A DNA stretch of 64,000 bases from Anaerolineales bacterium (lineage in GTDB: Bacteria > Chloroflexota > Anaerolineae > Anaerolineales > DRMV01). The translations under genes and the position numbers were made by a program. The notes beneath the pieces were generated by a model. That model was not told the origin of the DNA, made no database searches, and saw only the letters and a list, made by a program, of their open reading frames with translations. The stretch covers positions 24,725 to 88,724 of the forward strand of contig JALVVL010000026.1 of assembly GCA_027023425.1 (NCBI GenBank), read 5' to 3'. How positions within the stretch are numbered: the stretch's first letter is position 1; every line of letters starts with the position of its first letter. Below, in pieces: positions 27,026 through 37,013 of this stretch.

Positions 27026-28288
27026 CTAATCCCTCTTGAACCGCGAATAATCCGGCTTGGGCAGGTTTAGCCCTGCGACGGGGAGGTTGTTGAGGGCGCG
27101 CACTTTCAGCGGCAACCCGAAGAGGTGGATGAATCCCTCGGCGTCCGATTGGTCGTACACGTCGTCCTGCCCGAATGTGGCGAAATCTTCGCGGTAAAGG
27201 CTGAACGGGCTCTTGCGTCCGGCGACGATGATGTTGCCTTTGTAGAGTTTTAGCCGCACGGTGCCGGTAACCGGGCCTTGGGTGGCGTTTACGAAGGCGT
27301 CCAGCGCCTCGCGCAGCGGGCTGAACCACATGCCGTTGTAAACCAATTCGGCGTATTTCAGCGCGACCATATCTTTGAACTGCATGGTAGCGTGGTCAAG
27401 CACCAAAGATTCAAGTTCGCGGTGTGCGGCCATCAAAATTGTGCCGCCGGGGGTTTCGTAAATGCCGCGCGATTTCATGCCGACCAAGCGGTTTTCAACC
27501 ATGTCCACGCGGCCAATGCCGTGCTTGCCGCCGAGTTCGTTCAGGTAGGCAATCAGCGAAGCGGGGCTTAATTTTTCGCCATTTACAGCAATCGGCGTGC
27601 CGCTTTCAAACTCAATTTCTACGTATTCGGGCTCATCGGGGGCTTGTTGGGGAGATTGGCTGAGCATGAAAACCGACTCATCGGGCTCCCACCACGGGTC
27701 TTCAAGCGGGCCACCCTCGTGGGAAATGTGCCAAAGGTTTTGGTCGCGGCTGTAGATGCTCTTTTTGCTTGCTTTGACGGGGATGTTGTGCGCGGCGGCG
27801 TATTCAAGCGCGTCTTCGCGCGAGCGAATTTCCCATTCGCGCCACGGGGCGATAATTTTGAGGCGCGGGTCAAGCGCCATCACGCCCAATTCAAAGCGCA
27901 CTTGGTCGTTGCCCTTGCCGGTAGCGCCGTGGGCGATGGCGTCCGCGCCGACTTGGTGGGCGACCTCAACGAGGTACTTGGCAATGAGCGGGCGCGCCGC
28001 CGATGTGCCGAGCAAGTATTTGCGCTCATAAACCGCGCCCGCGCGCACTAACGGGAAGAGGTACTCCTCGGCAAATTCTTCGCGCAGGTCTTTGATGATG
28101 ATTTGGCTTGCGCCACTGGCGATGGCCTTTTCCTCCAGCCCTTCCAGTTCGTCGCTTTGCCCAAGGTCAGCGGTGAAGCACACCACTTCGCAGCCGTAGT
28201 TTTCCTTGAGCCAAGGCACGATTACTGAGGTGTCCAATCCGCCGGAATAGGCCAGCACAACTTTTTTAACTTCTTTTTTGTCTTTCAT
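27026..28288 (-). CDS. argG: Argininosuccinate synthase
   Basis: ATG 28288 ([21 protein letters not shown]) with GGAGAGAA upstream. The ORF-track start 28474 reads through the leader and is rejected. Confidence 0.95.
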   Translation of the reverse strand: MKDKKEVKKVVLAYSGGLDTSVIVPWLKENYGCEVVCFTADLGQSDELEGLEEKAIASGASQIIIKDLREEFAEEYLFPLVRAGAVYERKYLLGTSAARPLIAKYLVEVAHQVGADAIAHGATGKGNDQVRFELGVMALDPRLKIIAPWREWEIRSREDALEYAAAHNIPVKASKKSIYSRDQNLWHISHEGGPLEDPWWEPDESVFMLSQSPQQAPDEPEYVEIEFESGTPIAVNGEKLSPASLIAYLNELGGKHGIGRVDMVENRLVGMKSRGIYETPGGTILMAAHRELESLVLDHATMQFKDMVALKYAELVYNGMWFSPLREALDAFVNATQGPVTGTVRLKLYKGNIIVAGRKSPFSLYREDFATFGQDDVYDQSDAEGFIHLFGLPLKVRALNNLPVAGLNLPKPDYSRFKRD

Positions 28289-28304
28289 GGTTCTCTCCTT
28301 TTTG

Positions 28305-28339
28305 AGAAATATAAAAGCCCTCCGCGGAAGGAGGGCTCG
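28305..28339 (-). terminator. Intrinsic terminator in the argG leader (candidate attenuator)
   Basis: Minus strand reads (G)AGCCCUCC-uuccgc-GGAGGGCU(U) followed by UUUAUAUUU. It ends 16 nt before the argG ATG. Confidence 0.6.
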
Positions 28340-28364
28340 CGAACAGATGCAGGGCGTCGGCGCG

Positions 28365-28439
28365 CTACAAGCCACTCCTCCCGACCGGAGGGTGGTGGAT
28401 ACGCACGCGACGAACACGGTACAGCGCTTTGTTGAGCAT
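28365..28439 (-). CDS. Candidate Arg-rich leader peptide (24 aa)
   Basis: ATG 28439 to TAG 28365-28367: [24 protein letters not shown]. Four CGN Arg codons in six consecutive codons. Overlaps alternative hairpin segments. Confidence 0.5.
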   Translation of the reverse strand: MLNKALYRVRRVRIHHPPVGRSGL

Positions 28440-28445
28440 AAGCGC

Positions 28446-28474
28446 TTTATACCAACCGCTTTGGGATTAGTCAA
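28446..28474 (-). promoter_or_regulatory. Candidate promoter of the argGH leader (leaderless geometry)
   Basis: Minus strand reads TTGACT-17 nt-TATAAA, with 6 nt between the -10 box and the leader-peptide ATG. Confidence 0.5.
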
Positions 28475-28643
28475 TCTTTGAGTGTAAAAATTGCATAAAA
28501 ACTATTTCTACCTGTGACAATCATCACATTTTTGTTGCAGATTTCTTTTTTGAAAAGTTTGGTTGCTCCTTAGGGGTATAATGTAACCTTGGCGCGCTGA
28601 AAGTGCGGCCGTTATCATTTGACTATCACGAGGAGATGTTGCC

Positions 28644-29429
28644 ATGAGTGAACAAGTTTTGGAAGCCCCCGAGAATGTGGGAATAAAGCGCAAGATGCAT
28701 TTTCGCGGCAAAGTTATCAAGACCACAACGGCAGGGGCGATTGTGGATATTGGCGTAAAACAGCCCGCTATTATTCACATTTCTCAATTAAGCCCCGAGC
28801 CGGTCAAGAAGGTTGAAGATGTGGTGAAGGTTGGCGATGAAGTTGATGTGTGGGTGCGGCGGATTGCTCCCAAGGGCGTGATTGAACTCACTATGATTAA
28901 GCCCCTTGATCTGGAATGGCGCGAAATTAAGAAAGGCATGGTGGTCAAGGGCAAAGTTGAGCGCATTGAGAAATACGGCGTTTTTGTGAACATCGGCGCT
29001 GAGGTGCCCGGGCTGGTGCACATCAGCGAGATGACGCATGGGTTTATCCGCTCGCCGCGGGACTTGGTGAAAGAAGGTGATGAAGTTGAGGCGAAGGTGA
29101 TCGCTGTTAGCCGCCGCAAGCGCCAAATCAAACTGAGCATGAAAGCCCTTGAGCCTAAGCCCGAAGAGATTATGAAAGAGGTGAAGGCTGAGAAGCCGGC
29201 GCCCAAAGCCGAAACCAAGGGCAAGCCAAAGGCCAAAGCAAGGGCTTCGCACCCCGAACTGCCAGCCGATTACGTGCCCACCCCCATGGAAGTGGCTTTG
29301 TTAGAGGCTTTGAAGCGTGCTAAAGAAGACCTTGAAAACAGCAGCGGCAAAGCCCGCACGGCGGCCAAAAAGCGCGTCAAAGAACTTGAAGCGATGCTTT
29401 CCAAGCGCTTGCAGGCTCATTTGAACTGA
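28644..29429 (+). CDS. S1-domain RNA-binding protein (two S1 repeats, Lys-rich tail)
   Basis: GKVIKTTTAGAIVDIG..IIHISQL and GKVERIEKYGVFVNIG..GLVHISEM. AGGAG ribosome-binding site. Confidence 0.8.
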   Translation: MSEQVLEAPENVGIKRKMHFRGKVIKTTTAGAIVDIGVKQPAIIHISQLSPEPVKKVEDVVKVGDEVDVWVRRIAPKGVIELTMIKPLDLEWREIKKGMVVKGKVERIEKYGVFVNIGAEVPGLVHISEMTHGFIRSPRDLVKEGDEVEAKVIAVSRRKRQIKLSMKALEPKPEEIMKEVKAEKPAPKAETKGKPKAKARASHPELPADYVPTPMEVALLEALKRAKEDLENSSGKARTAAKKRVKELEAMLSKRLQAHLN

Positions 29430-29458
29430 GCCTCTGCGGCGCAGGCAACGCTCCTGAT

Positions 29459-29491
29459 AAAAACACCCACCGCTCGGTGGGTGTTTTTTTA
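29459..29491. terminator. Bidirectional terminator (S1-domain gene and tRNA-Leu)
   Basis: AAACACCCACC-gctc-GGTGGGTGTTT with T-runs on both strands. Confidence 0.8.
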
Positions 29492-29537
29492 TCGGTTGGC
29501 AGGAATGCAAAACGCCCCGACTTTGGGTCGGGGCGTG

Positions 29538-29623
29538 TGGGGCGAGTGGGAGTCGAACCCACACGGGGCTTGCGCCCCAGAGGATTTTAAGTCCCCGGCG
29601 TCTGCCTATTCCGCCATCGCCCC
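29538..29623 (-). tRNA. tRNA-Leu (anticodon TAA)
   Basis: Minus strand: acceptor GGGGCGA/TCGCCCC, anticodon loop CTTAAAA, long variable arm, T-arm GTGGGTTCGACTCCCAC, discriminator A. Confidence 0.9.
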
Positions 29624-29632
29624 GCTGGTGAT

Positions 29633-29661
29633 ATTCTACCCGTGTGGGCTTTAGGCGTCAA
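29633..29661 (-). promoter_or_regulatory. Promoter for tRNA-Leu(TAA)
   Basis: Minus strand reads TTGACG-17 nt-TAGAAT, 9 nt upstream of the tRNA 5' end. Confidence 0.6.
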
Positions 29662-29770
29662 GAAGCGGCGATTTTCTCATTTAAATTCCCTTTGTCACAT
29701 GGTAGAATACCCCAACTTCATACGATGGCTAAATACACAGCATAGGCGAGCGATTTTACCGAGGTGAGCG

Positions 29771-30460
29771 ATGATCCCTATCAAAGACACCGTCCGCGCC
29801 CGCAGTTTTCCAATTGTCAATTGGTTGATAATCATCGCAAACTTTTTGGTGTTCTTTTACGAACTCAGCCTTAGCCACCCAGCCTTGCGCCATTTCGTAG
29901 CCACTTACGGAATGGTGCCTGCGCGTTTATGGCACGACCCGGCCGCCGCGTGGCCTACCATTTTCACCAGCATGTTCATCCACGGCGGCTGGTTTCACAT
30001 TTTGAGCAATATGTGGGTTTTGTACATCTTTGGGGATAATGTAGAAGACCGTATGGGCTCTGGCAAATACCTCATTTTCTACCTGCTCAGCGGCGTGGCT
30101 GCGGCTCTTTTGCAGGCGTATGTGTTGCCCAATAGCCATATCCCAACCGTGGGTGCAAGCGGTGCAATTGCTGGAGTGCTCGGCGCTTATTTGGTGTTTT
30201 TCCCCAATAGCCGAGTCATCACGCTGGTATTTTTCTTTGTATTTGTCACCTTTGTAGAAATTCCATCGGTGCTTTTCTTGGGATTTTGGTTTTTCACCCA
30301 ACTTTATTCCGGTTGGTTGGCGCTCCTCAGCCCTACGGCTATGGGCGGTGTGGCTTGGTGGGCGCATGTGGGGGGCTTTGTTTTTGGAATGCTGTTTGCC
30401 AAGCCGTTTGAAGGTGGGCATTATCGCCGGCCATTCCCAGATGAGTTTTTCCCTTGGTAA
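29771..30460 (+). CDS. Rhomboid-family intramembrane serine protease
   Basis: HGGWFHILSNM and GASGAIAGVLGAY motifs. Polytopic. Confidence 0.85.
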   Translation: MIPIKDTVRARSFPIVNWLIIIANFLVFFYELSLSHPALRHFVATYGMVPARLWHDPAAAWPTIFTSMFIHGGWFHILSNMWVLYIFGDNVEDRMGSGKYLIFYLLSGVAAALLQAYVLPNSHIPTVGASGAIAGVLGAYLVFFPNSRVITLVFFFVFVTFVEIPSVLFLGFWFFTQLYSGWLALLSPTAMGGVAWWAHVGGFVFGMLFAKPFEGGHYRRPFPDEFFPW

Positions 30461-30491
30461 TATCGCCACTGTAGTCTCAAGGAGGTGAAAG

Positions 30492-31340
30492 ATGGGTTCG
30501 TCCTTTTGGGATTTGTTTTGGCTGTTCATCATGCTGGCTTCTTTGGAACCGTGGTTTCGCCAGCGCATGCTGGAGAACGCGCGCCTGCGGATGATGCGCA
30601 CGCTGGAAAAGAAGCGCGGCTCGCGCGTGATCGCCCTTATCCACCGGCAGGAAACTCTTTCTTTTCTCGGTTTTCCGATGGCGCGTTACATTGACATTCA
30701 GGATTCTGAACAAATCCTCCGCGCCATCAAATTGACCGACGACAGCGTGCCGATTGACCTTATCCTGCACACGCCGGGCGGCTTGGTGCTTGCGGCCGAG
30801 CAAATTGCCTATGCCCTCAAAAAACACCCTGCCAAGGTGACGGTGTTTGTGCCTCATTATGCAATGTCGGGCGGCACGTTGATTTCGCTCGCGGCGGATG
30901 AAATTGTGATGGATGAAAACGCTGTCCTCGGCCCGGTTGACCCGCAGTTGGGGCAGTATGCCGCGGCCTCAATTCTCAAGGTTGTGGAGCAAAAAGACAT
31001 CAACCGCATTGACGATGAAACTTTGATATTGGCCGATGTTTCTCGCAAGGCGATTGAGCAGGTGAAGCGCACGGTGGCGCATATTTTGGAAGGGAAAATG
31101 CCCCCCGATAAGGCGCAAGAACTGGCCGAGACTTTGTCCACCGGCCGTTGGACGCACGATTACCCAATCACTGTGGAAGAAGCCCGTGAACTCGGTTTGC
31201 CCGTTTCTACCGATATGCCAGCCGAGGTTTATAAGTTGATGAATCTCTACCCGCAGGCCGCTCAGCGACGGCCTTCGGTGCAGTACATTCCGCTTCCTTA
31301 CGGTCCCCGGAATGGCAATGGTAATGGCCAGAGCAAGTGA
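30492..31340 (+). CDS. SDH-family Clp-fold serine proteinase
   Basis: N-terminal TM. LILHTPGGLV and YAMSGGTLISLAADEIVM, typical of the serine dehydrogenase proteinase family. Confidence 0.75.
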   Translation: MGSSFWDLFWLFIMLASLEPWFRQRMLENARLRMMRTLEKKRGSRVIALIHRQETLSFLGFPMARYIDIQDSEQILRAIKLTDDSVPIDLILHTPGGLVLAAEQIAYALKKHPAKVTVFVPHYAMSGGTLISLAADEIVMDENAVLGPVDPQLGQYAAASILKVVEQKDINRIDDETLILADVSRKAIEQVKRTVAHILEGKMPPDKAQELAETLSTGRWTHDYPITVEEARELGLPVSTDMPAEVYKLMNLYPQAAQRRPSVQYIPLPYGPRNGNGNGQSK

Positions 31341-31354
31341 TAAGGGTTTTGGTT

Positions 31355-31921
31355 ATGGAAGTTTTGCGTGAGCGCCTACTCCCCGGCGGGGCGAAGTTGC
31401 GTTTGCTCCGCGGCGATATAACAGCCGAGCCGGTGGATGCGATTGTGAACGCGGCGAATAGCCGTCTCGCTCACGGCGGCGGCGTTGCCGCGGTGATCGC
31501 CCGGAAGGGCGGCCGGGTGATTTGGGAGCAGTCGGAGGCGTGGGTGCGCGAGCACGGCCCTGTTCCGCACGATAAGCCCGCTTACACTGAGTGCGGCAAT
31601 TTACCGTGCAAATACGTCATCCATGCAGTAGGGCCGGTTTGGCACGGCGGGAATGACGATGAAGATGCCAAACTCGCCGCCGCGGTGCGCGGCTCGCTTG
31701 AGCGCGCTGAGCAACTCGGCTTGACTTCCATTGCGTTTCCGGCCATCAGCACGGGCATTTTCGGTTTCCCAAAAGAGCGGGCGGCGCGCATTTTTTACCG
31801 CACGATTGACGAATACTTTGCCGCTCGCCCTGAAAGCACATTGCGCGACGTCCGCATTGTGCTTTACGACCGCCCGACTGTGGATGCTTTCCTTCGTGCT
31901 TGGGATTCATACGAGCGATAG
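31355..31921 (+). CDS. Macro-domain protein (ADP-ribose binding / O-acetyl-ADP-ribose deacetylase-like)
   Basis: GDITAEPVDAIVNAANSRLAHGGGVA and AFPAISTGIFGFP. Confidence 0.8.
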   Translation: MEVLRERLLPGGAKLRLLRGDITAEPVDAIVNAANSRLAHGGGVAAVIARKGGRVIWEQSEAWVREHGPVPHDKPAYTECGNLPCKYVIHAVGPVWHGGNDDEDAKLAAAVRGSLERAEQLGLTSIAFPAISTGIFGFPKERAARIFYRTIDEYFAARPESTLRDVRIVLYDRPTVDAFLRAWDSYER

Positions 31922-32700
31922 TGGAAATCACCTCACCGCGTAACCCGCGCCTCAAGTTGGTGCGCCGTTTGCAAAAAAGCGCCCGCGCCCGCCGTGAAAG
32001 CGGCTTGTTTGTGGCCGAGGGTGTGCGGCTGGCGGAAGAAGCCCTGCGCGCAGGTTTGCCTGCGCGCTTTGTGCTTTTTGTGGAAGGATTGAGCCCCCGC
32101 GGCTTGGCGGTCGTGGAGGGCTATCGTGCTCGCGGCGCCGAAATTTGGCCTCTTTCCTCAGAGGCAATGCGTTCGGTCAGTGCGACCGAAACCCCGCAGG
32201 GGATTTTGCTCGTGTTGCCTTTCCCTGCTTTGCCGTTGCCCTCAAAGCCAGATTTTGCGTTAATTTTGGATGGCGTGCGCGACCCGGGCAACATGGGCAC
32301 AATCCTCCGCACGGCTTGGGCGGCCGCTGTGCAGGCGGTTTACCTCATTGGTGGTTGCGTTGACCCTTTCAACCCAAAGGTGGTGCGCGCGGCGATGGGG
32401 GCGCATTTCCATTTGCCTGTTCGCCAATCCTCGCCGGAACGGCTTGGCGGCATGTTGGGCGGCGCGAGGGTTTACCTTGCCGCCGCGGGGGAAGGCAAGC
32501 CTTACACCCAAGCCGATTTCCGCCGGCCGCTTGCTTTGCTCATCGGCGGCGAGGCAGATGGAGTGAGCGAGGCGGCGCGGCGCGCCTTGCGCCCTTCCCC
32601 CGTGCATATCCCCATGCCGGGCGGGGCAGAATCCTTGAACGCCGCCGTGGCGGCGGCGGTGCTGATGTTTGAGGTGGTTCGGCAGAGGTCAACAGGCTAA
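31921..32700 (+). CDS. TrmH/SpoU-family RNA 2'-O-methyltransferase
   Basis: GVRDPGNMGTILRTA, LLIGGEADGVS and ESLNAAVAAAVLMFE. Start uncertain (GTG 31921 or the ORF-track start 31900). Confidence 0.8.
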   Translation: MEITSPRNPRLKLVRRLQKSARARRESGLFVAEGVRLAEEALRAGLPARFVLFVEGLSPRGLAVVEGYRARGAEIWPLSSEAMRSVSATETPQGILLVLPFPALPLPSKPDFALILDGVRDPGNMGTILRTAWAAAVQAVYLIGGCVDPFNPKVVRAAMGAHFHLPVRQSSPERLGGMLGGARVYLAAAGEGKPYTQADFRRPLALLIGGEADGVSEAARRALRPSPVHIPMPGGAESLNAAVAAAVLMFEVVRQRSTG

Positions 32701-32774
32701 ACAACTTTTTGTGGCCTTAACCTTGTTCATACTGCGCACATTTCACCGAGTACTGAGCCGCCTGACAACGGCTT

Positions 32775-32830
32775 ACTTGACACTGGATCACTTGACACTG
32801 GATCACTTAACACCGAAACACCGGAGCACC
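32775..32830. repeat. Short tandem repeat (CTTGACACTGGATCA x2) plus CACCGGAGCAC tail
   Basis: Read directly. Related to the CACTGGAA / CACCGGAGCAC array at 4011-4050. Ends 10 nt before ATG 32841. Confidence 0.85.
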
Positions 32831-32840
32831 CTTTTTCCCC

Positions 32841-34553
32841 ATGCCCACCATCCCCGACCTTCTCCGTTTTCTGTACGGACCGCGGCGCGGCGATGAAGCC
32901 GCCCGCCGCCTGCTGGCGCGCTTGGCTGCCTTCCGCCGCGAACACCCCAACCTGCGGCAAGCCCCGCCGCCGCGCCAGCGTCTCACCGAGCGCGACGCCG
33001 TGCTCATCACCTACGGCGACCAGTTCCGCGCCCCGGACGAGCCGCCCCTGCGCACGCTGCACCGCTTCCTGCGCGCCCACCTCGGCGAAAGCATTTCCGC
33101 CGTCCACATTTTGCCCTTCTTCCCCTACTCCTCCGACGATGGCTTTTCGGTGATTGACTACCGCCGCGTCAACCCCGATTTCGGTACATGGGAGGACATC
33201 AAGGCGCTGGAGCACGACTATCGGCTGATGTTTGACGCCGTCATCAACCACGTTTCGCGGCAATCGGCGTGGTTTCAAGGATTTTTGCGGGGCGAAGCGC
33301 CTTACACCGACTATTTCATCGTGGTTGACCCGAAAACCGACCTCTCGCAGGTGGTGCGCCCCCGCCCTTGGCCGCTTCTCACCCCTGTGGAAACCGCCCA
33401 CGGCGTCAAGCATGTCTGGACGACTTTCAGCGCTGATCAGATTGACCTCAACTACGCCAACCCCGCGGTGCTGCTGGAAATTGCCGACCTGCTGTTGTTC
33501 TACGTCGCTCGCGGCGCGCGCATTATCCGCCTTGACGCCATCGCCTACCTGTGGAAGGAAATCGGCACGCCCTGCATCCACTTGCCGCAGACCCACGCGG
33601 TGGTCAAACTTTTCCGCGCGATGTTGGACGAAGTTGCCCCGGGGGTGCTTCTGATTACCGAAACCAACGTGCCCCATGCTGAAAACATCTCCTACTTCGG
33701 CGACGGGCACGACGAGGCGCAACTGGTCTACAATTTCACCCTGCCGCCGCTCACCCTGCACGCCCTGCAAACCGGCGATGCCACCCGCCTGACCGCGTGG
33801 GCGCGCACGCTGGAAACCCCCAGCGAAGCCACGGCTTTTTTCAACTTTCTCGCCTCGCACGACGGCATTGGCGTCCGCCCAGCGGAAGGCTGGCTGAGTG
33901 CGGGGGAAATTGCCGCCCTTGCCGACCGGACCCTCGCCCACGGCGGCCGCGTTTCCACCTATGCCCGTCCCGACGGCTCGCAAGCCCCCTACGAACTCAA
34001 CATCACCTGGTACGACGCCCTCAATGACCCTGCCCGCCCCGATGGGCATGAGGTTGCCCGCTTTATGGCTTCGCAGGCAATCATGTTAGCGTTGGCGGGA
34101 GTGCCGGGCATTTATGTGCATTCGCTTTTCGGCTCGTCCAACTGCGAAAGGTGCTTCCGCGAGCGCGGATACCCGCGGGCGTTGAACCGCGAAAAGTTTG
34201 CTTACCACGATTTGGAAGCCCAACTCGCTGACCCGCAAAGCCGCCCAGCGCGCGTCCTCGCCGCCTACCGCCACCTGCTGGACATGCGCCGCCGCCACCC
34301 CGCTTTCCACCCGCAGGCCGCGCAGGAAGTGCTGGAACTGCACCCCGGGGTGTTCGCCGTCCGCCGTGGGGAAGGCCGCGAGGCGCTGCTGGCCTTAGTT
34401 TCCGTGCGCCCTGAGCCGCTTAGGTTGCACCTGCCCGCGCGGGAAGGTTTCCCGCCCGCTCCGTGGCGCGATTTGCTCACCGGCAAATTGGTGAACCCGA
34501 CGGATGTTGAAATTGAACCGTATGGGGTGTTGTGGTTGGCGCTGGATGGGTAG
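32841..34553 (+). CDS. GH13 sugar phosphorylase (sucrose/glucosylglycerate phosphorylase-like)
   Basis: ILPFFPYSSDDGFSV, RLDAIAYLWKE, ITETNVPH and FLASHDGIG catalytic-region motifs. Confidence 0.85.
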   Translation: MPTIPDLLRFLYGPRRGDEAARRLLARLAAFRREHPNLRQAPPPRQRLTERDAVLITYGDQFRAPDEPPLRTLHRFLRAHLGESISAVHILPFFPYSSDDGFSVIDYRRVNPDFGTWEDIKALEHDYRLMFDAVINHVSRQSAWFQGFLRGEAPYTDYFIVVDPKTDLSQVVRPRPWPLLTPVETAHGVKHVWTTFSADQIDLNYANPAVLLEIADLLLFYVARGARIIRLDAIAYLWKEIGTPCIHLPQTHAVVKLFRAMLDEVAPGVLLITETNVPHAENISYFGDGHDEAQLVYNFTLPPLTLHALQTGDATRLTAWARTLETPSEATAFFNFLASHDGIGVRPAEGWLSAGEIAALADRTLAHGGRVSTYARPDGSQAPYELNITWYDALNDPARPDGHEVARFMASQAIMLALAGVPGIYVHSLFGSSNCERCFRERGYPRALNREKFAYHDLEAQLADPQSRPARVLAAYRHLLDMRRRHPAFHPQAAQEVLELHPGVFAVRRGEGREALLALVSVRPEPLRLHLPAREGFPPAPWRDLLTGKLVNPTDVEIEPYGVLWLALDG

Positions 34554-34657
34554 TTATTTGCTGGGTTGGCTTTTCACATGGCTTTGTTTATAATAACTCG
34601 TGGATGGGTAAAAACCTGCCCCCTATTTGGCTCAAAATTCACTTTTGGAGGAAAACC

Positions 34658-34876
34658 ATGGGCAAGGCTGACAAGTTTATCAAAGGATTGCTCGGCGGGG
34701 CCGCGGTTGGGATGCTGACGGCCATTTTGCTTGCGCCTGAATCGGGCGACGGCATTCGCAAAAGCATACGAGAGCGCATAGAAGGGGCGCTGGAGGAGGC
34801 GCGCCAGGCCGCTGCCGAACAGCGCGCGGCCTTGGAGGAAGAACTTGCTCGTTTGCAGGGCAATAGCAGAGAGTAG
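34658..34876 (+). CDS. YtxH-like small membrane-associated protein
   Basis: ATG 34658 with GGAGGA upstream. GLLGGAAVGMLTAILLAPESG followed by a charged helix. Confidence 0.6.
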   Translation: MGKADKFIKGLLGGAAVGMLTAILLAPESGDGIRKSIRERIEGALEEARQAAAEQRAALEEELARLQGNSRE

Positions 34877-34966
34877 AATGCTACTTTTGTAAAGCATAGG
34901 TGTTAATGTATGTGAAATTGCCGTTTTTGTTCGCTGTTTTCTTTTGCTCTCAGAAGGAGGTTAGCC

Positions 34967-36901
34967 ATGTCACCAGTTGATGAACGCCGTGAAGAAGAAA
35001 TCCGTCAGGCTCAGCACGAAATTTATCCCCCGCCCAAGCACGTGATTGAAACTGCTAATGTCAGCCCTGAAGATTATGAGCGCTATCGCAAGGAGGGCAC
35101 GGAGAACCCGGTAAAGTTTTGGGAAGACCGCGCTAAAGAAATGGTTGACTGGTTCCAGCCGTGGGAAAAAGTGCTGGACGACAGCAATCCGCCTTTTTAC
35201 AAATGGTTTGTTGGCGCTAAGACCAACATTGTTTACAACGCTTTAGACCGCCACATAAAGACTTGGCGGCGCAACAAATTAGCACTCATTTGGGAAGGCG
35301 AGCCCGGCGATCGCCGCGCTTTTTCTTACTATCGCCTTTGGCAGGAGGTCAACCGTTTCGCCAATATTTTGAAGGGGATGGGCGTCAAGAAAGGCGACCG
35401 CGTTACCATTTACATGGGGCGCATCCCCGAATTGCCGATAGCAATGCTGGCTACGGCTAAAATTGGCGCCATCCATTCGGTTGTTTACGGCGGCTTCAGC
35501 GTGGAAGCGCTTGCCGACCGCATTCGCGACGCTCAAAGCCGGGTGCTCATCACCGCAGATGGGGGCTGGATGCGCGGCAAAATTGTGCGCTTGAAGAATA
35601 TTGTGGATGAGGCAGTCAAGCGCTCCCCTGTGGTGGAGCACGTGATTGTGGTGAAGCGCACTGGCCACGAAGTCCACATGGAGACTGGGCGTGATTTTTG
35701 GCTGCACGAATTGCAAAAGTTGCCGATCGCCGCTGGCACTTGCGAAACCGAAGTGATGGACGCTGAAGACCCGCTTTTCATCCTTTACACTTCGGGCACT
35801 ACCGGTAAGCCGAAGGGTGTGTTGCACACTCATGGCGGCTATCAGGTTGGGATTGCCACCACGCTGAAGTGGGCGTTTGACATAAAGGACGAAGACCGCT
35901 GGTGGTGTGCCGCCGACCCGGGTTGGATTACCGGCCATTCCTACATTGTGTACGGGCCGCTCATTTTGGGCGCGACCAGTTTCATGTATGAGGGCGCACC
36001 CGATTACCCCTACCCCGACCGCTGGTGGCGCATGATTGAGCACTACGGCATTTCCATCCTTTACACCGCTCCGACTGCTATCCGCGGCCTGATGCGCTAC
36101 GGCGACGCATGGCCTAAGCGCCACGACCTTTCCAGCCTGCGCTTGTTAGGCACGGTGGGCGAGCCCATCAACCCCGAGGCGTGGCGCTGGTACTACAAAG
36201 TCATCGGCGGCGAGCGTTGCCCCATCATTGATACATGGTGGCAGACCGAAACGGGCAACTTTATGATTACGCCGCTGCCGGTTACGCCGCTCAAGCCCGG
36301 CTCGGCCACATTCCCCTTCCCCGGCATTGTGGCGGATGTGGTGCACGACGACGCAACGCCTTGCGCTCCGGGCGAAGACGGCTATCTCGTCATCAAGCAC
36401 CCGTGGCCTGCTATGGCGCGCACTATTTACGGCGACCCCGACCGGTACGTCCGCCAGTACTGGAGCAAGTTCGCCGAGCAAAAGTGGTATCTCACCGGCG
36501 ATTCTGCCCGCAAGGATGAGGATGGCTATTTCTGGATCATCGGCCGCATGGACGACGTCATCAAGGTTGCCGGTTATCGCCTTGGAACGGCGGAAATTGA
36601 AAGCGCCTTGGTAAGCCATGAGGCAGTTGCTGAAGCGGCCGTTATCGGCGTTCCCGACAAAATTAAGGGGAATGTGATTTACGCTTATGTGATTCTGCGC
36701 TCAGGCTACGAGGCGCGTCCTGAACTTGAGGATGAGTTGAAGAAGCACGTCCGCCATGAGTTGGGGCCGATTGCCGTGCCTGCTAAAATTGAGGTGGTGG
36801 ATAAGTTGCCCAAGACCCGCAGCGGCAAGATTATGCGCCGTGTGCTCCGCGCCAAGGCGATGGGGCAAGATGTGGGCGACCTTTCAACGCTGGCCGATTG
36901 A
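34967..36901 (+). CDS. acs: Acetyl-CoA synthetase (AMP-forming)
   Basis: 644 aa. [39 protein letters not shown] and SGKIMRR. Confidence 0.95.
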   Translation: MSPVDERREEEIRQAQHEIYPPPKHVIETANVSPEDYERYRKEGTENPVKFWEDRAKEMVDWFQPWEKVLDDSNPPFYKWFVGAKTNIVYNALDRHIKTWRRNKLALIWEGEPGDRRAFSYYRLWQEVNRFANILKGMGVKKGDRVTIYMGRIPELPIAMLATAKIGAIHSVVYGGFSVEALADRIRDAQSRVLITADGGWMRGKIVRLKNIVDEAVKRSPVVEHVIVVKRTGHEVHMETGRDFWLHELQKLPIAAGTCETEVMDAEDPLFILYTSGTTGKPKGVLHTHGGYQVGIATTLKWAFDIKDEDRWWCAADPGWITGHSYIVYGPLILGATSFMYEGAPDYPYPDRWWRMIEHYGISILYTAPTAIRGLMRYGDAWPKRHDLSSLRLLGTVGEPINPEAWRWYYKVIGGERCPIIDTWWQTETGNFMITPLPVTPLKPGSATFPFPGIVADVVHDDATPCAPGEDGYLVIKHPWPAMARTIYGDPDRYVRQYWSKFAEQKWYLTGDSARKDEDGYFWIIGRMDDVIKVAGYRLGTAEIESALVSHEAVAEAAVIGVPDKIKGNVIYAYVILRSGYEARPELEDELKKHVRHELGPIAVPAKIEVVDKLPKTRSGKIMRRVLRAKAMGQDVGDLSTLAD

Positions 36902-36933
36902 GAAAATAAGGCCGACAGCGCGGTTTCTTGCAC

Positions 36934-36962
36934 AAAATCCCCCGCCACGCGGGGGATTTTGC
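36934..36962. terminator. Terminator hairpin between convergent acs and the radical SAM gene
   Basis: AATCCCCCGC-cac-GCGGGGGATT flanked by A/T runs. Confidence 0.6.
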
Positions 36963-37013
36963 GTGTGGTATCCTCTGGGAACGGGGGACTAATCTGCTAA
37001 AAGCGTTTCTTCC

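Noticed and set aside
28381-28410. GGAGGGTGGTGGATACGCACGCG on the plus strand resembling a T-box sequence
   Set aside because: It does not match the GGUGGUACCGCG core. It lacks stem I and specifier features. It lies on the strand opposite to the arg leader it overlaps. It is better explained as the complement of the leader hairpin.
28289-28474. N-terminal 62-codon extension of argG in the ORF track
   Set aside because: The canonical argG N-terminus with a ribosome-binding site starts at 28288. The extension covers the predicted leader, terminator and promoter.
32727-34049. 440-aa ORF on the minus strand
   Set aside because: It is antisense to the GH13 phosphorylase gene, which has clear catalytic motifs. 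The translation is Gly/Arg/Val-rich and looks like an artefact. The same reasoning applies to 16530-17528, 43420-44475, 55972-56949, 57008-57949, 14199-14693 and 10146-10940.
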